DNA of 64,000 nucleotides from an uncultured Clostridia bacterium. Its GTDB lineage: Bacteria > Bacillota > Clostridia > Christensenellales > UBA1242. The stretch's first letter is position 1. Each line of letters begins with the position of its first letter. The stretch lies in assembly GCA_947626955.1 (NCBI GenBank), contig CANQUB010000001.1:10748-74747 (forward strand), in the 5' to 3' direction. Positions 1 to 7,781 of the stretch are shown in pieces. A program made the translations under genes and the position numbers. The notes beneath the pieces are model-generated. The model did no database searches. It saw nothing but the letters and a program-made list of their open reading frames with translations, and was not told the DNA's origin.

Positions 1-725
1 TTTTTATCGTAAAAATCGGGGTTTTGCAAATTGCAATAGGTGAGAGTCTCCAAAAAGTTGGCATAGTCAGGGTTGTTGAAAACAAAACTCTTTAGCGTCC
101 TTCGCATATGAGTGTACATTTGCTCGGTATCTATCAAAACATCGAAGAACCTGTCCACCGAAAGGCGGGTGATGCTGCTAGTTGGATTGACCGTTCTAAA
201 AAGTTCCAGCCATGGGCCGTTTAGGCCATAGGCCCCGCCAAACATACTTGTGTCGCTAATTTCGGGGCTCTTTTCTCCCGAAGGCTTGCTCTTGTTTGGC
301 CTTGCCGCACTTTCGAAAAAGCGGTTGAAGGCCTCAAGGTAGTGCATCATAACCAGCTCCACCTGGGTAGGCTTAATATAGCCGTTAAAAAATCTTCTAA
401 TTTGCTTTATTAACGACATACTCATGCCAGTGTAAAAGTCGCTAGGTTTGACCTCTTTGTCTTTAAATGTCCTCGACAAGTGTTTGTTGGCGTTAAACTC
501 GTCCGAAATGATCTTTAACATTTTTTTGAAAACGTAGTAGACATGGTGATTTTTGGTTCGAGAAAAATATATAAACTGGTGGCAGTCTGGATTGAACTCA
601 ACTTTGCCAATGGAGTTTATAATAACCCGCTTGACCGGGGTATTTTTGCTCACGCACGGATTATTTGCACAGTTTAAGTCTTGCATTCTATAAAGGGTCA
701 AAATGTTATTGTTGTCGCTACTCAT
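1..725 (-). CDS. hypothetical protein, N-terminal part only (ORF runs off left edge)
   Basis: ATG at 725-723 followed by 240 further sense codons down to position 3, checked codon by codon with no stop. Missing from the supplied ORF track because it has no stop in the window. No family recognised. Confidence 0.5.
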   Translation of the reverse strand, partial: MSSDNNNILTLYRMQDLNCANNPCVSKNTPVKRVIINSIGKVEFNPDCHQFIYFSRTKNHHVYYVFKKMLKIISDEFNANKHLSRTFKDKEVKPSDFYTGMSMSLIKQIRRFFNGYIKPTQVELVMMHYLEAFNRFFESAARPNKSKPSGEKSPEISDTSMFGGAYGLNGPWLELFRTVNPTSSITRLSVDRFFDVLIDTEQMYTHMRRTLKSFVFNNPDYANFLETLTYCNLQNPDFYDK

Positions 726-790
726 GGCGATATTATAACACCTGGAAAACCGCTTTTCAATACTTGCCTTTAAAAAAGAATTAATATATA

Positions 791-1234
791 ATGTCTTATA
801 TGAAGAACATTACTATTTACACCGACGGAGCCTGTTCAGGCAATCCCGGCAAAGGCGGATGGGGCTGCGTTCTAATTTATAAAGACCATAAAAAAGAGCT
901 GTCGGGCGGGGAAGAGAACACCACCAACAATCGCATGGAGTTGACCGCCGTCATAAAAGCCCTTGAGCAGCTGAACCAGCCTTGCAATGTGGAGTTATAC
1001 AGCGATTCGGCCTATGTGGTGAACGCCTTTACCGAGGGCTGGCTGGAAAACTGGAAAAAGACCAATTTTAAAAGCTCCAGCAAAGAGCCGGTCAAAAATG
1101 TCGACCTTTGGCAAATGCTGGATCTTCTCACTCAAAAGCACAATGTGACCTTCAACAAAGTAAAAGGCCACGCCGACAATGAGCTTAACAATAGGTGCGA
1201 TGAGCTGGCGACAAGTGCAATAAACAAAATATAA
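791..1234 (+). CDS. rnhA: ribonuclease HI
   Basis: 147 aa with type-1 RNase H motifs: IYTDGACSGNPGKGGWG, NNRMELTA, YSDSAYV, VKGHADNELNNRCDELA. Confidence 0.9.
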   Translation: MSYMKNITIYTDGACSGNPGKGGWGCVLIYKDHKKELSGGEENTTNNRMELTAVIKALEQLNQPCNVELYSDSAYVVNAFTEGWLENWKKTNFKSSSKEPVKNVDLWQMLDLLTQKHNVTFNKVKGHADNELNNRCDELATSAINKI

Positions 1235-1360
1235 AACGCTCATTTTTACCTCTCTGGCTTTGTTTCTGCAAGGCGGTGCAAGACAGTCATTTATGTTTAA
1301 TAAACTCCTGCCTTGACCCCACCTTGCGAGCCTCGCCATAAAGGCAAATATGAGCGTTTT
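1233..1360 (+). repeat. copy E1 of a ~125-nt imperfect-palindromic structured element (candidate ncRNA or 3'UTR element, or MITE)
   Basis: Outer arms aacgctcattttt / aaatatgagcgtt pair. The core 1278-1318 matches the reverse complement of 43022-43061 at 40 of 40 aligned positions, with one extra A in E1. It starts at the rnhA stop codon. Confidence 0.55.
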
Positions 1361-1390
1361 GACTTTTTGAACATAAATAAAATACAAAAT

Positions 1391-1426
1391 AAAACGCCCA
1401 TATTTGAATATGGGCGTTTTATTTTA
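1391..1426. terminator. bidirectional intrinsic terminator between rnhA and the PadR-family gene
   Basis: Stem aaaacgcccata (1391-1402) pairs with tatgggcgtttt (1409-1420). It is flanked by an A-run on one side and a T-run on the other. Confidence 0.7.
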
Positions 1427-3307
1427 TACGTGGAAATTCCTTGAGTTAAAATACAAACAATGAAGTAACGCATCCAAAATTGGATACAGGCTGACAATGC
1501 TTGGAATTACCCAAATTAGGTGATTAAATAGTGGTTGTGTAAAGCTGTAGAAGCCTAGTTGTAGGCTGACGCAATAGGTAATTATAAGCATTTGCACGGT
1601 CAAAAGTATTGCAAAGATGAAATAGATCTTAAAGGCATAGCGAGCAGGTTTTTTCTTGTACGGATTGATTATATAGAGGATGGTGTAGATGACAGGAACA
1701 ACTGCCGTTACGCCAATGCCAATCAAGAAATATTCAAGCTTAAAGTCAAAGGCGAAATGAGATTTATAGTTGCTCATGATCAGCCCGGTGAGGCAGAGCA
1801 GGAAGGCAATAATGCCAAATGTTGTCCACGACCTTACAAGGTTGAGTTTGTTTGACTCAACGTATGAGCGTGTCTTCTTGCTCTCTTTAAGCATCTTTTG
1901 GTGCGGCCTTACAACCAGCCCCTCTTGTTCAAACTCGGCCTTGAGCTGGTCATAATCCTTAGCTACCATGATGGCCTCTTCTTTCTTTGGAGCGGCGGCA
2001 GGCTCTTCTTCATGAGCAGTGTAGGACATCAGCGAGCTAAGCTTATCTTTATATTCGGTTTCGGTATACTGCGGATTGAGATGTTCGTAATTTTCAGTAG
2101 CCTTATAAAATGCCATGTTTCCAGGTGAAACAGGGGCAGGCTCTTCTTCCTCTTGCAAATTTTCACCAAACAGGCTGAGCTGCCCATCCGAAACTTGACT
2201 AGCTGGTTCTTCTTCTTTCTCTTCTTCGACCTGTGGCTCTTCTTTGGCCTGCTCAGGGTTAAGGTAGATGGCGTCTTCGTCTAACTCGGACTCGTCCACC
2301 CAAATGTCTTCCTCTTTTGGCTTAACATAGTTTGCACCAAAGTCATGGTAAACAGGGGTGTTAAAGATTGGCTCAGCCTCACTTTCAGTCTCCTTCGCAA
2401 GGGCAGGGGACTCTTCTTCAAGGCCATCTATCTTCATCTCAGGAGCGTTGTAGTCCTTGACAGGGTCGTTTTCACGGCTGTCAAAATAGCTGTCGTTAGA
2501 ATCAACGACATAGTCATCCATCTTAAACACAAATGGGGTATTGCTCTCGGGCTTTTCTTCAGGCTCAGGAAGTTCAGGCTTTTTGGTGTATTCAACCTGA
2601 GGCTCCTCGTTGTGCTCAATGGCCTTGGCTGGCTCACTTTCTTCAAATACCGAGCTGTTTTCTTCAAACAAGCTGGCCTGGGCTTCGTCAACTTCGGCCC
2701 ACTCATCACTAGTTGTCTCTTCTTCGCTCTCAAATGGCACAGCCGAAACCGATTCGCCATTTTTGGCAAAGTCTACAATGGCATCATTTTGCAAAGCAGG
2801 GGAAGAGGCCGAAACTTTTTCGGTTTCTTTAGTCCAAGGGATGGTCTCTTCATCATCGTATTTAACCACGGTGGTGTCGGGTTCAACATGGTTTTGCTTT
2901 GGCTGCTCGCTTTGAACGGGCTGGGCCTCGGCCACTTCATCTTTTTTTACAACCACATACTGCGAGCCCTCATACATAGAGCTGGAAATCAGGTTGTCGA
3001 TAATCTTTCGTGAACGCATCCAATCGTCATAGTTGGCCTGGTAAGCTTCACGGCCGGCTTCGGTCAGCTTGTAGTAGTGACGCTTGCCGCCGATGTCGCT
3101 GTCTTCCCAGTAAGAAGAAATAAGGCCTTGTGTTTCAAGACGCTTCAAGCAGCTGTAAAGAGTGGGTTGCTTCATTTCGTAAGCCCCATTGCTCTTCTCT
3201 TCGACTTCCTTCATAATTTCAAGGCCGTATCTATCACCCTCGTAAAGAATTTTGAGGATGATGGTGTCAATATGACCACGGATAAGGTCGCTGTCTATAC
3301 CTTGCAT
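1424..3307 (-). CDS. PadR-family transcriptional regulator fused to an acidic linker and a 4-TM C-terminal membrane domain
   Basis: The N-terminal ~95 aa form a PadR winged helix (GHIDTIILKIL..GDRYGLEI..LYSCLKRLETQGLISSYW..GGKRHYYKLTEAG). About 380 aa of E/P/D-rich low complexity follow. The last ~140 aa contain four hydrophobic helices. Confidence 0.8.
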   Translation of the reverse strand: MQGIDSDLIRGHIDTIILKILYEGDRYGLEIMKEVEEKSNGAYEMKQPTLYSCLKRLETQGLISSYWEDSDIGGKRHYYKLTEAGREAYQANYDDWMRSRKIIDNLISSSMYEGSQYVVVKKDEVAEAQPVQSEQPKQNHVEPDTTVVKYDDEETIPWTKETEKVSASSPALQNDAIVDFAKNGESVSAVPFESEEETTSDEWAEVDEAQASLFEENSSVFEESEPAKAIEHNEEPQVEYTKKPELPEPEEKPESNTPFVFKMDDYVVDSNDSYFDSRENDPVKDYNAPEMKIDGLEEESPALAKETESEAEPIFNTPVYHDFGANYVKPKEEDIWVDESELDEDAIYLNPEQAKEEPQVEEEKEEEPASQVSDGQLSLFGENLQEEEEPAPVSPGNMAFYKATENYEHLNPQYTETEYKDKLSSLMSYTAHEEEPAAAPKKEEAIMVAKDYDQLKAEFEQEGLVVRPHQKMLKESKKTRSYVESNKLNLVRSWTTFGIIAFLLCLTGLIMSNYKSHFAFDFKLEYFLIGIGVTAVVPVIYTILYIINPYKKKPARYAFKIYFIFAILLTVQMLIITYCVSLQLGFYSFTQPLFNHLIWVIPSIVSLYPILDALLHCLYFNSRNFHV

Positions 3308-3385
3308 TGTATCCCCTCGCGAATTTATACTTATTCACTTATAATTTTATAAATTTATCTTAGCAAAGTCAATTAAAAAGCCCTT

Positions 3386-3415
3386 TATATAACTATATTT
3401 TTTATATAACTATAT
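3386..3415. promoter_or_regulatory. tandem 13-bp near-palindromic repeat (tatataactatat x2, 17-bp period) in the padR/ygjP divergent promoter region; candidate operator
   Basis: Exact copies at 3386-3398 and 3403-3415, each with the form atata-ac-tatat. Confidence 0.35.
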
Positions 3416-3555
3416 CTATTTTGTGCAAAAATTTCATTATTTCAGCAGGGCATGAGGGAATTTAACGACAAAAAAGCCTGCTATTTACAATTTTTTTATG
3501 AATTGAAACAAAATAAAAGTTGTAAAAATTGGGTAGGGAGGCTATAATAAAAACC

Positions 3556-4227
3556 ATGATAACACCCGATTTAATTACACGCTCTAGCCGCCACACCCTG
3601 AGTTTGTCCATTCTAAAGGACGGGCAGGTGGTGGTCAAAGCCCCACTAAAAATGCCACGCGAGGCCATAGACAAGTTCGTTTACGAAAAGCAAAACTGGA
3701 TACGCGAAAAGCTGGCCATAATCGAGCAGAACCGCCAAAAATATGACGAGATTTTGTCATACAAAAAATTCTTGCTATTTGGCAACCAGTACTCGCTAAA
3801 GCTGGCCGACGTCAAAAAAATAGAGACTTCGAGCGACCAAATGGTCATTTTAATGCCAAAGACCACCCCCGAAGACAAGATACTAACCCGCCTCAAGAGC
3901 TGGTATAAAAAGCAGGCCAAGATCATCCTTACCGAAAGGCTGGAATATATTTGCTCCAAAATAAAGCTGGTGCCTGCTTCCATGCGAATTTCGGACAGCA
4001 AGGGTAGGTGGGGAGCCTGCAACAGCAAGGGCAGTATCAGCTTCAATTTTAGAATTATCATGCTTGAGCCGGCCATAATCGACTACGTCATCGTCCATGA
4101 GCTATGTCACCTTGTTGAGATGAACCATAGCAAAAAGTTTTGGGCACTGGTCAACACCTTTTTGCCATCGGCCAACGCCTGCAAGGCCAGGATCAAGGAA
4201 TTTGGATTTTTGTTAAGCCTTTTTTGA
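3556..4227 (+). CDS. YgjP-like metal-dependent hydrolase (DUF45 / SprT-like)
   Basis: HELCHLVEMNHSKKFW zinc motif near the C-terminus. The ATG at 3556 (MITPDL..) is preferred over the TTG at 3529, which overlaps the GGGAGG Shine-Dalgarno sequence. Confidence 0.85.
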   Translation: MITPDLITRSSRHTLSLSILKDGQVVVKAPLKMPREAIDKFVYEKQNWIREKLAIIEQNRQKYDEILSYKKFLLFGNQYSLKLADVKKIETSSDQMVILMPKTTPEDKILTRLKSWYKKQAKIILTERLEYICSKIKLVPASMRISDSKGRWGACNSKGSISFNFRIIMLEPAIIDYVIVHELCHLVEMNHSKKFWALVNTFLPSANACKARIKEFGFLLSLF

Positions 4228-4267
4228 AAATATGAATAAAAAAAATTAAACACGCCATACTAAGACT

Positions 4268-4316
4268 AGATGGAACAAAGAAAAGCACATAAGTTTCTTT
4301 GCTCCATCTTTTTTTT
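4268..4316 (+). terminator. intrinsic terminator after the ygjP-like gene
   Basis: agatggaacaaagaaa pairs with tttctttgctccatct (one mismatch) and is followed by a T8 run. Confidence 0.7.
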
Positions 4317-4700
4317 GTGTCAGTCAACGTTATAAATTTAGCCAAGGTGGGTTATGATTATGTTGCATAGGTTGGTAGCCGGCTTTTTATCCCGTCTCTC
4401 GCCGCCTCTTACAACATGACGACCAACTGGATTAATATCATATGCAGCCAAACACCAAGCAGCACATTAACCAAACCAATTTACGCAACCAACAACACCA
4501 CACATAAAGATAGCTAAATAAAAATTTGGTACAATAAGGCAGTAGCACTTGAAAGCAATTTAGATATGACCAAGCCCTTCTTTAACAAAGATTAAAAGCT
4601 AAAACCCCTCTTTTTGCCCGACCCGAAAAAATTTTTCAGGTGGGGAGTGATAAACTTTGTTAAAAGTTATTCACCCGATTGTTAACAAGATTTCTAGAAT

Positions 4701-4730
4701 TTATTCGTAAAAGGCAGCTTTTACGAATAA
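4701..4730. repeat. perfect palindrome at the left junction (13-bp arms, 4-nt centre gcag); candidate att site or hairpin
   Basis: ttattcgtaaaag (4701-4713) gcag cttttacgaataa (4718-4730). The arms are exact reverse complements. Confidence 0.8.
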
Positions 4731-4783
4731 TTTCCGAGCTATTTGCAGTATATATCAACAATTAATGTATGTCAACAAATTTT

Positions 4784-4812
4784 TTGACTTTTTAAAAATA
4801 TTTTTATAAAAT
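4784..4812 (+). promoter_or_regulatory. sigma-A type promoter for the 69-aa plus-strand gene
   Basis: TTGACT (4784-4789), a 17-nt spacer, then TAAAAT (4807-4812). Confidence 0.5.
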
Positions 4813-4836
4813 ACTTTTAGGAGGAAAAAAAACAAA

Positions 4837-5046
4837 GTGGACATATTAAAAAAAATTTTAGCACCGATATCTAAATTTGTTCTAGAAATCTTTGCCGTAG
4901 TTGCATTTATAATACACACACAAATATATTACGGCAAAGATTACATGAAAACAAAAATAATCGGTGCTATATTTATAATTGCATTTATTGCAATTACAGC
5001 ATTTGAAATTTACTTTAAAATTACTGAACAAAAAAAGTCGGATTAA
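4837..5046 (+). CDS. small membrane protein (two TM helices), the only plus-strand gene of the element
   Basis: 69 aa with a GTG start 12 nt after AGGAGG. It has its own promoter and terminator. Hydrophobic segments are FVLEIFAVVAFIIHT and IIGAIFIIAFIAITAF. Confidence 0.5.
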   Translation: MDILKKILAPISKFVLEIFAVVAFIIHTQIYYGKDYMKTKIIGAIFIIAFIAITAFEIYFKITEQKKSD

Positions 5047-5066
5047 AACCCGACTTTTATTTTTTA
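5035..5066 (+). terminator. intrinsic terminator of the 69-aa gene
   Basis: aagtcgg pairs with ccgactt, followed by ttttatttttt. The stop codon lies in the loop. Confidence 0.6.
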
Positions 5067-5095
5067 TTCAAGAATTTTAAAGTAAATTACCCCTA

Positions 5096-5121
5096 GCTTG
5101 ACATTATTTATAATGTCAAGC
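5096..5121. repeat. perfect 11-bp/4-nt hairpin between the convergent 69-aa gene and rep
   Basis: gcttgacatta ttta taatgtcaagc. No U-tract on either strand. It is flanked by cccctagc at 5090 and 5141. Confidence 0.6.
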
Positions 5122-5154
5122 ACCACACAGTTCCAATGTGCCCCTAGCCGTTTG

Positions 5155-6030
5155 TTAAGAGTATATTGGACGTATTTTTCCAATTAAATTGTAGAACTCA
5201 TACTCACTTATGTCTAACATAGCACTTGTAAACATGAAAGGTTCTATCTTTTCTCGTTTAACTCTACCTAACATTTTTAAGTATAAATTAGAGTTTACAC
5301 TCTCTCTTAACAACATGATCAAGACCTTATCAGTATCATTAAGAGTGTATAAATCATACAAGTCAAGACTTTTGTAAAAGCGGACTTGTGGAATATGTGA
5401 CTTAAAATTCGAATAATCAAAGCTATCAAGAGTAATTTCAAGCCTAGTTAGATCATAATTAAGACCTTGTTCAAGCGTTTTGTTGTAAAGCTTAACAAAG
5501 CCGTTCGAGTTACGAACTCCAAGATATTCAGTCATATTGCCAAGATTATTGTGCTTTAAGTCCACATAAAAATTCTTTTTATATGACCTTAAATCTTTAA
5601 TTAAGCAAACATCTTCACGCCTTGCGGGCATATCTATGGCCAAATCAAAACGGACAAGCTCAAAACCAGCGACAGGAATTAAAGGCTTAATATAATTTAA
5701 AATGTCAAACAATGGAGAATATTGGAATAAACATTTATTCGGGTTAAATTCGATAAAGCAATTATCAAAATCGCTCTTTCTTACGCCATTAAAACCAAGA
5801 CCAAGGACAAAAGAGGAATTATTTTTTAATGTAATATTGACCATGAACTTATAAGAGAAATAAGCTCGACTTTCATAAACATGAAAGTCAAGACTACCAC
5901 CAAGAGACTTTTTATATAAAAAATTATTAAAGCCTTTCATGTGGTATTCGGGAAATCTAAAACGTAAACGCAACATATCACATGATAGTATATTGCCATT
6001 TTTATCAACAACACTAGCAAAATAGTCCAT
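5155..6030 (-). CDS. rolling-circle replication initiator, Rep_trans-like (RstA/RepC type)
   Basis: Motifs VRFDLAIDM, EYLGVRNS, KLYNKTLEQG and LTRLEITL resemble Rep_trans (PF02486) as I remember the family. The ATG at 6030 (MDYFASV) is preferred; the track ORF begins at a GTG at 6075 inside a hairpin. Confidence 0.6.
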   Translation of the reverse strand: MDYFASVVDKNGNILSCDMLRLRFRFPEYHMKGFNNFLYKKSLGGSLDFHVYESRAYFSYKFMVNITLKNNSSFVLGLGFNGVRKSDFDNCFIEFNPNKCLFQYSPLFDILNYIKPLIPVAGFELVRFDLAIDMPARREDVCLIKDLRSYKKNFYVDLKHNNLGNMTEYLGVRNSNGFVKLYNKTLEQGLNYDLTRLEITLDSFDYSNFKSHIPQVRFYKSLDLYDLYTLNDTDKVLIMLLRESVNSNLYLKMLGRVKREKIEPFMFTSAMLDISEYEFYNLIGKIRPIYS

Positions 6031-6069
6031 TCTATTACCTACCTTAATTTTGTAGAAAAATGCAAGGTA

Positions 6070-6251
6070 GGCCACCTCTTAGACAGAGGTGGCCTGAGGG
6101 GGTGCATAAGCACCACCCACCACCCCGACAACATCACAAAACATTTAAGCGTCAATGACTGGGAGACTTGCACAAACCATGAGGCTCGAAACAACCTCAA
6201 ACCGAATATAACAAAGTATTTAAGGGGCTGTTTATAGGGGCGAGCCCCTAT
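6070..6251. promoter_or_regulatory. GC-rich hairpin cluster in the phage intergenic region (candidate origin or packaging region)
   Basis: ggccacctct-tagac-agaggtggcc (6070-6094), ggtgc-ataa-gcacc (6101-6114) and ataggggc-ga-gcccctat (6234-6251). This is a locally GC/CA-rich island inside an AT-rich element. Confidence 0.4.
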
Positions 6252-6288
6252 TACCCCACTACGCACGCAAAATAAACGTTAAAAAGAA

Positions 6289-6444
6289 TTATTTATCCTC
6301 GCTAGCATTCTCGTCGGCTTTCTCTTCTTTTATAGACTTGTTACGGGCTTTACGTTCTTTAATTGCCAAAATAAGCTGGTAAATCTCATAACCGAGCCAA
6401 ACGAGCAAAGCTAAAAGACAAATTACTTTCAAAGCAGTTTTCAT
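6289..6444 (-). CDS. small single-TM protein (51 aa), not in the ORF track
   Basis: ATG at 6444, 6 nt after GGAGGTG. Sequence is MKTALKVICLLALLVWLGYEIYQLILAIKERKARNKSIKEEKADENASEDK. It follows the ATPase gene directly. Confidence 0.5.
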   Translation of the reverse strand: MKTALKVICLLALLVWLGYEIYQLILAIKERKARNKSIKEEKADENASEDK

Positions 6445-6447
6445 GCT

Positions 6448-7416
6448 TTACACCTCCTTTTTATTTGTAGTTTTTGGAATAAGTTTTTGTTTTGGAATTT
6501 TTAAAAGCTCATATCTTTTAAGTGAAGTATAGATATTATCCGAGCCATGAGGCACAGTGTTATATCTTTCCGAATAGCAATAAGTATCATATATTCGGTG
6601 GAAAGGCATGATACCCCATGTAAACTTCTCGTTATCTTCCCTATTGTTCATTTCAAGAATTTTTATGTCCTCACTAGTGGACATTGAACGAATTTGAACT
6701 TTATATAAAAACCAATACTTTTTAAAATTTTCAAGCAAAAACACTTTATTAAGTCGAACACGAACTTGCTTTACGATATTATCACTACACTGGTCAGTTA
6801 CTACTAGATAACCGCCTTGTGTGTAATGACGAAACAAACGCACAAACTCATCAAGACCGAGCAAAACATTCGGGTTAGCATATTCAAACTGGCTACACCA
6901 TGAACCGAATTCGTCAATAAAGACAATACTTAATTTTGCCAACCTATCTTGCAAAAGAATATGCTTTTCAGTGAGCTCAATGGAACTCTCTACATAATGT
7001 TTTACATTAGCCTTCTTAATGTTCAAACGAACAAAATCTTCATAAGGAATGTATTTTTCAAGTGAAAAAAGCTTATAGTAGCTTTCTTTAAGCTCTACAA
7101 CATTACAATTTTTGAAATATCTCTTCTTTACCTTTATAAAGACTGGAATTGAAGAGTAAAGCAAAGGTATATCTTTATTCAAAGCTTTTTTAAACTTTTT
7201 ATGGAAAAGGTTATAAATACGAGTTTTGAAATTAGACCACTTTACTTTAAAACGATTACGGCGTAACAGCTTTAAAGATATTTTAACTCCTCGAAGGGTC
7301 TTTCCGCTACCAAGGCCACCAACATAGCCGAAGGCATTATCAAATTTCTCGAAATATAATTTCAAGAAAATCCACAACACAACGACCAAAACAACAACTA
7401 AGATTATTACTAACAT
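6448..7416 (-). CDS. Zot/pI-like assembly ATPase with an N-terminal TM helix
   Basis: Walker A GGLGSGKT, Walker B LSIVFIDEFGSW, N-terminal TM MLVIILVVVLVVVLWIFL. AGGAG lies 8 nt upstream of the ATG. Confidence 0.6.
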   Translation of the reverse strand: MLVIILVVVLVVVLWIFLKLYFEKFDNAFGYVGGLGSGKTLRGVKISLKLLRRNRFKVKWSNFKTRIYNLFHKKFKKALNKDIPLLYSSIPVFIKVKKRYFKNCNVVELKESYYKLFSLEKYIPYEDFVRLNIKKANVKHYVESSIELTEKHILLQDRLAKLSIVFIDEFGSWCSQFEYANPNVLLGLDEFVRLFRHYTQGGYLVVTDQCSDNIVKQVRVRLNKVFLLENFKKYWFLYKVQIRSMSTSEDIKILEMNNREDNEKFTWGIMPFHRIYDTYCYSERYNTVPHGSDNIYTSLKRYELLKIPKQKLIPKTTNKKEV

Positions 7417-7427
7417 ATATTTAACTC

Positions 7428-7781
7428 CTAAATTAGAATTCCAACGAACATTTTGCCAGCAAGTTTAAACAAGAACAATAACATTTGAACGATATATACA
7501 AAGAACTTAAATATCCAAACAATAGCAAGAGCTATTGTCTTAATAACCGAAAAGACAGCCCTAATAGCCTTTAAAACGCCATTTGTATCGGCACTATATT
7601 CGGCATACTCTTCCCAAACAGTTTCAATATCATTGAACGTCGGAAACCTAGGCATATCTTCGGATGCAGCACTCAAATTAGTTATATAATTTTCAAAGCT
7701 GAAAGTTTTATCTTCCTTGTTATATGCGAAAAGTGCAAAAACCACTGACAAAATGAGCAAAAGTGATATTATTTTTTTCAA
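7428..7781 (-). CDS. secreted/membrane protein (117 aa), minor virion or assembly protein candidate
   Basis: TTG start overlaps the upstream TGA (TTGA) and has an AAAGGTGG Shine-Dalgarno sequence. It has a signal-like N-terminus and a hydrophobic C-terminal third. Confidence 0.5.
   Translation of the reverse strand: MKKIISLLLILSVVFALFAYNKEDKTFSFENYITNLSAASEDMPRFPTFNDIETVWEEYAEYSADTNGVLKAIRAVFSVIKTIALAIVWIFKFFVYIVQMLLFLFKLAGKMFVGILI

Noticed and set aside
1233-1360. E elements as intrinsic terminators
   Set aside because: No U-tract follows the stems. A separate canonical terminator follows E1 at 1391-1426, and a hairpin with UUUU follows E2/E3 only at about 42745-42776.
2345-3013. 222-aa plus-strand ORF, with nested ORFs at 2434-2769 and 2610-2915
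   Set aside because: It is antisense to or nested within the acidic linker of the PadR-family gene. It is a low-complexity mirror translation with no Shine-Dalgarno sequence, and the PadR ORF is strongly supported.
4320-4690. CA-rich, ORF-free left flank as a remnant of a second phage intergenic region (compositionally similar to 6100-6230)
   Set aside because: I could establish only compositional resemblance and short shared words (acaacat, caccac), not a convincing alignment. It needs a real alignment before any claim.
4691-4717. Canonical XerCD dif site (TCTAGAAT...GTAAAA resembles the Bacillus dif arms)
   Set aside because: The arm-like words are about 3 nt closer together than in a 28-bp 11-6-11 dif. 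That leaves no workable 6-8-bp central region, so at most this is an atypical, non-XerCD-type site.
6039-6266. 75-aa minus-strand ORF in the phage intergenic region
   Set aside because: It overlaps the rep start and the hairpin cluster. The GC-rich structured DNA explains the open frame.
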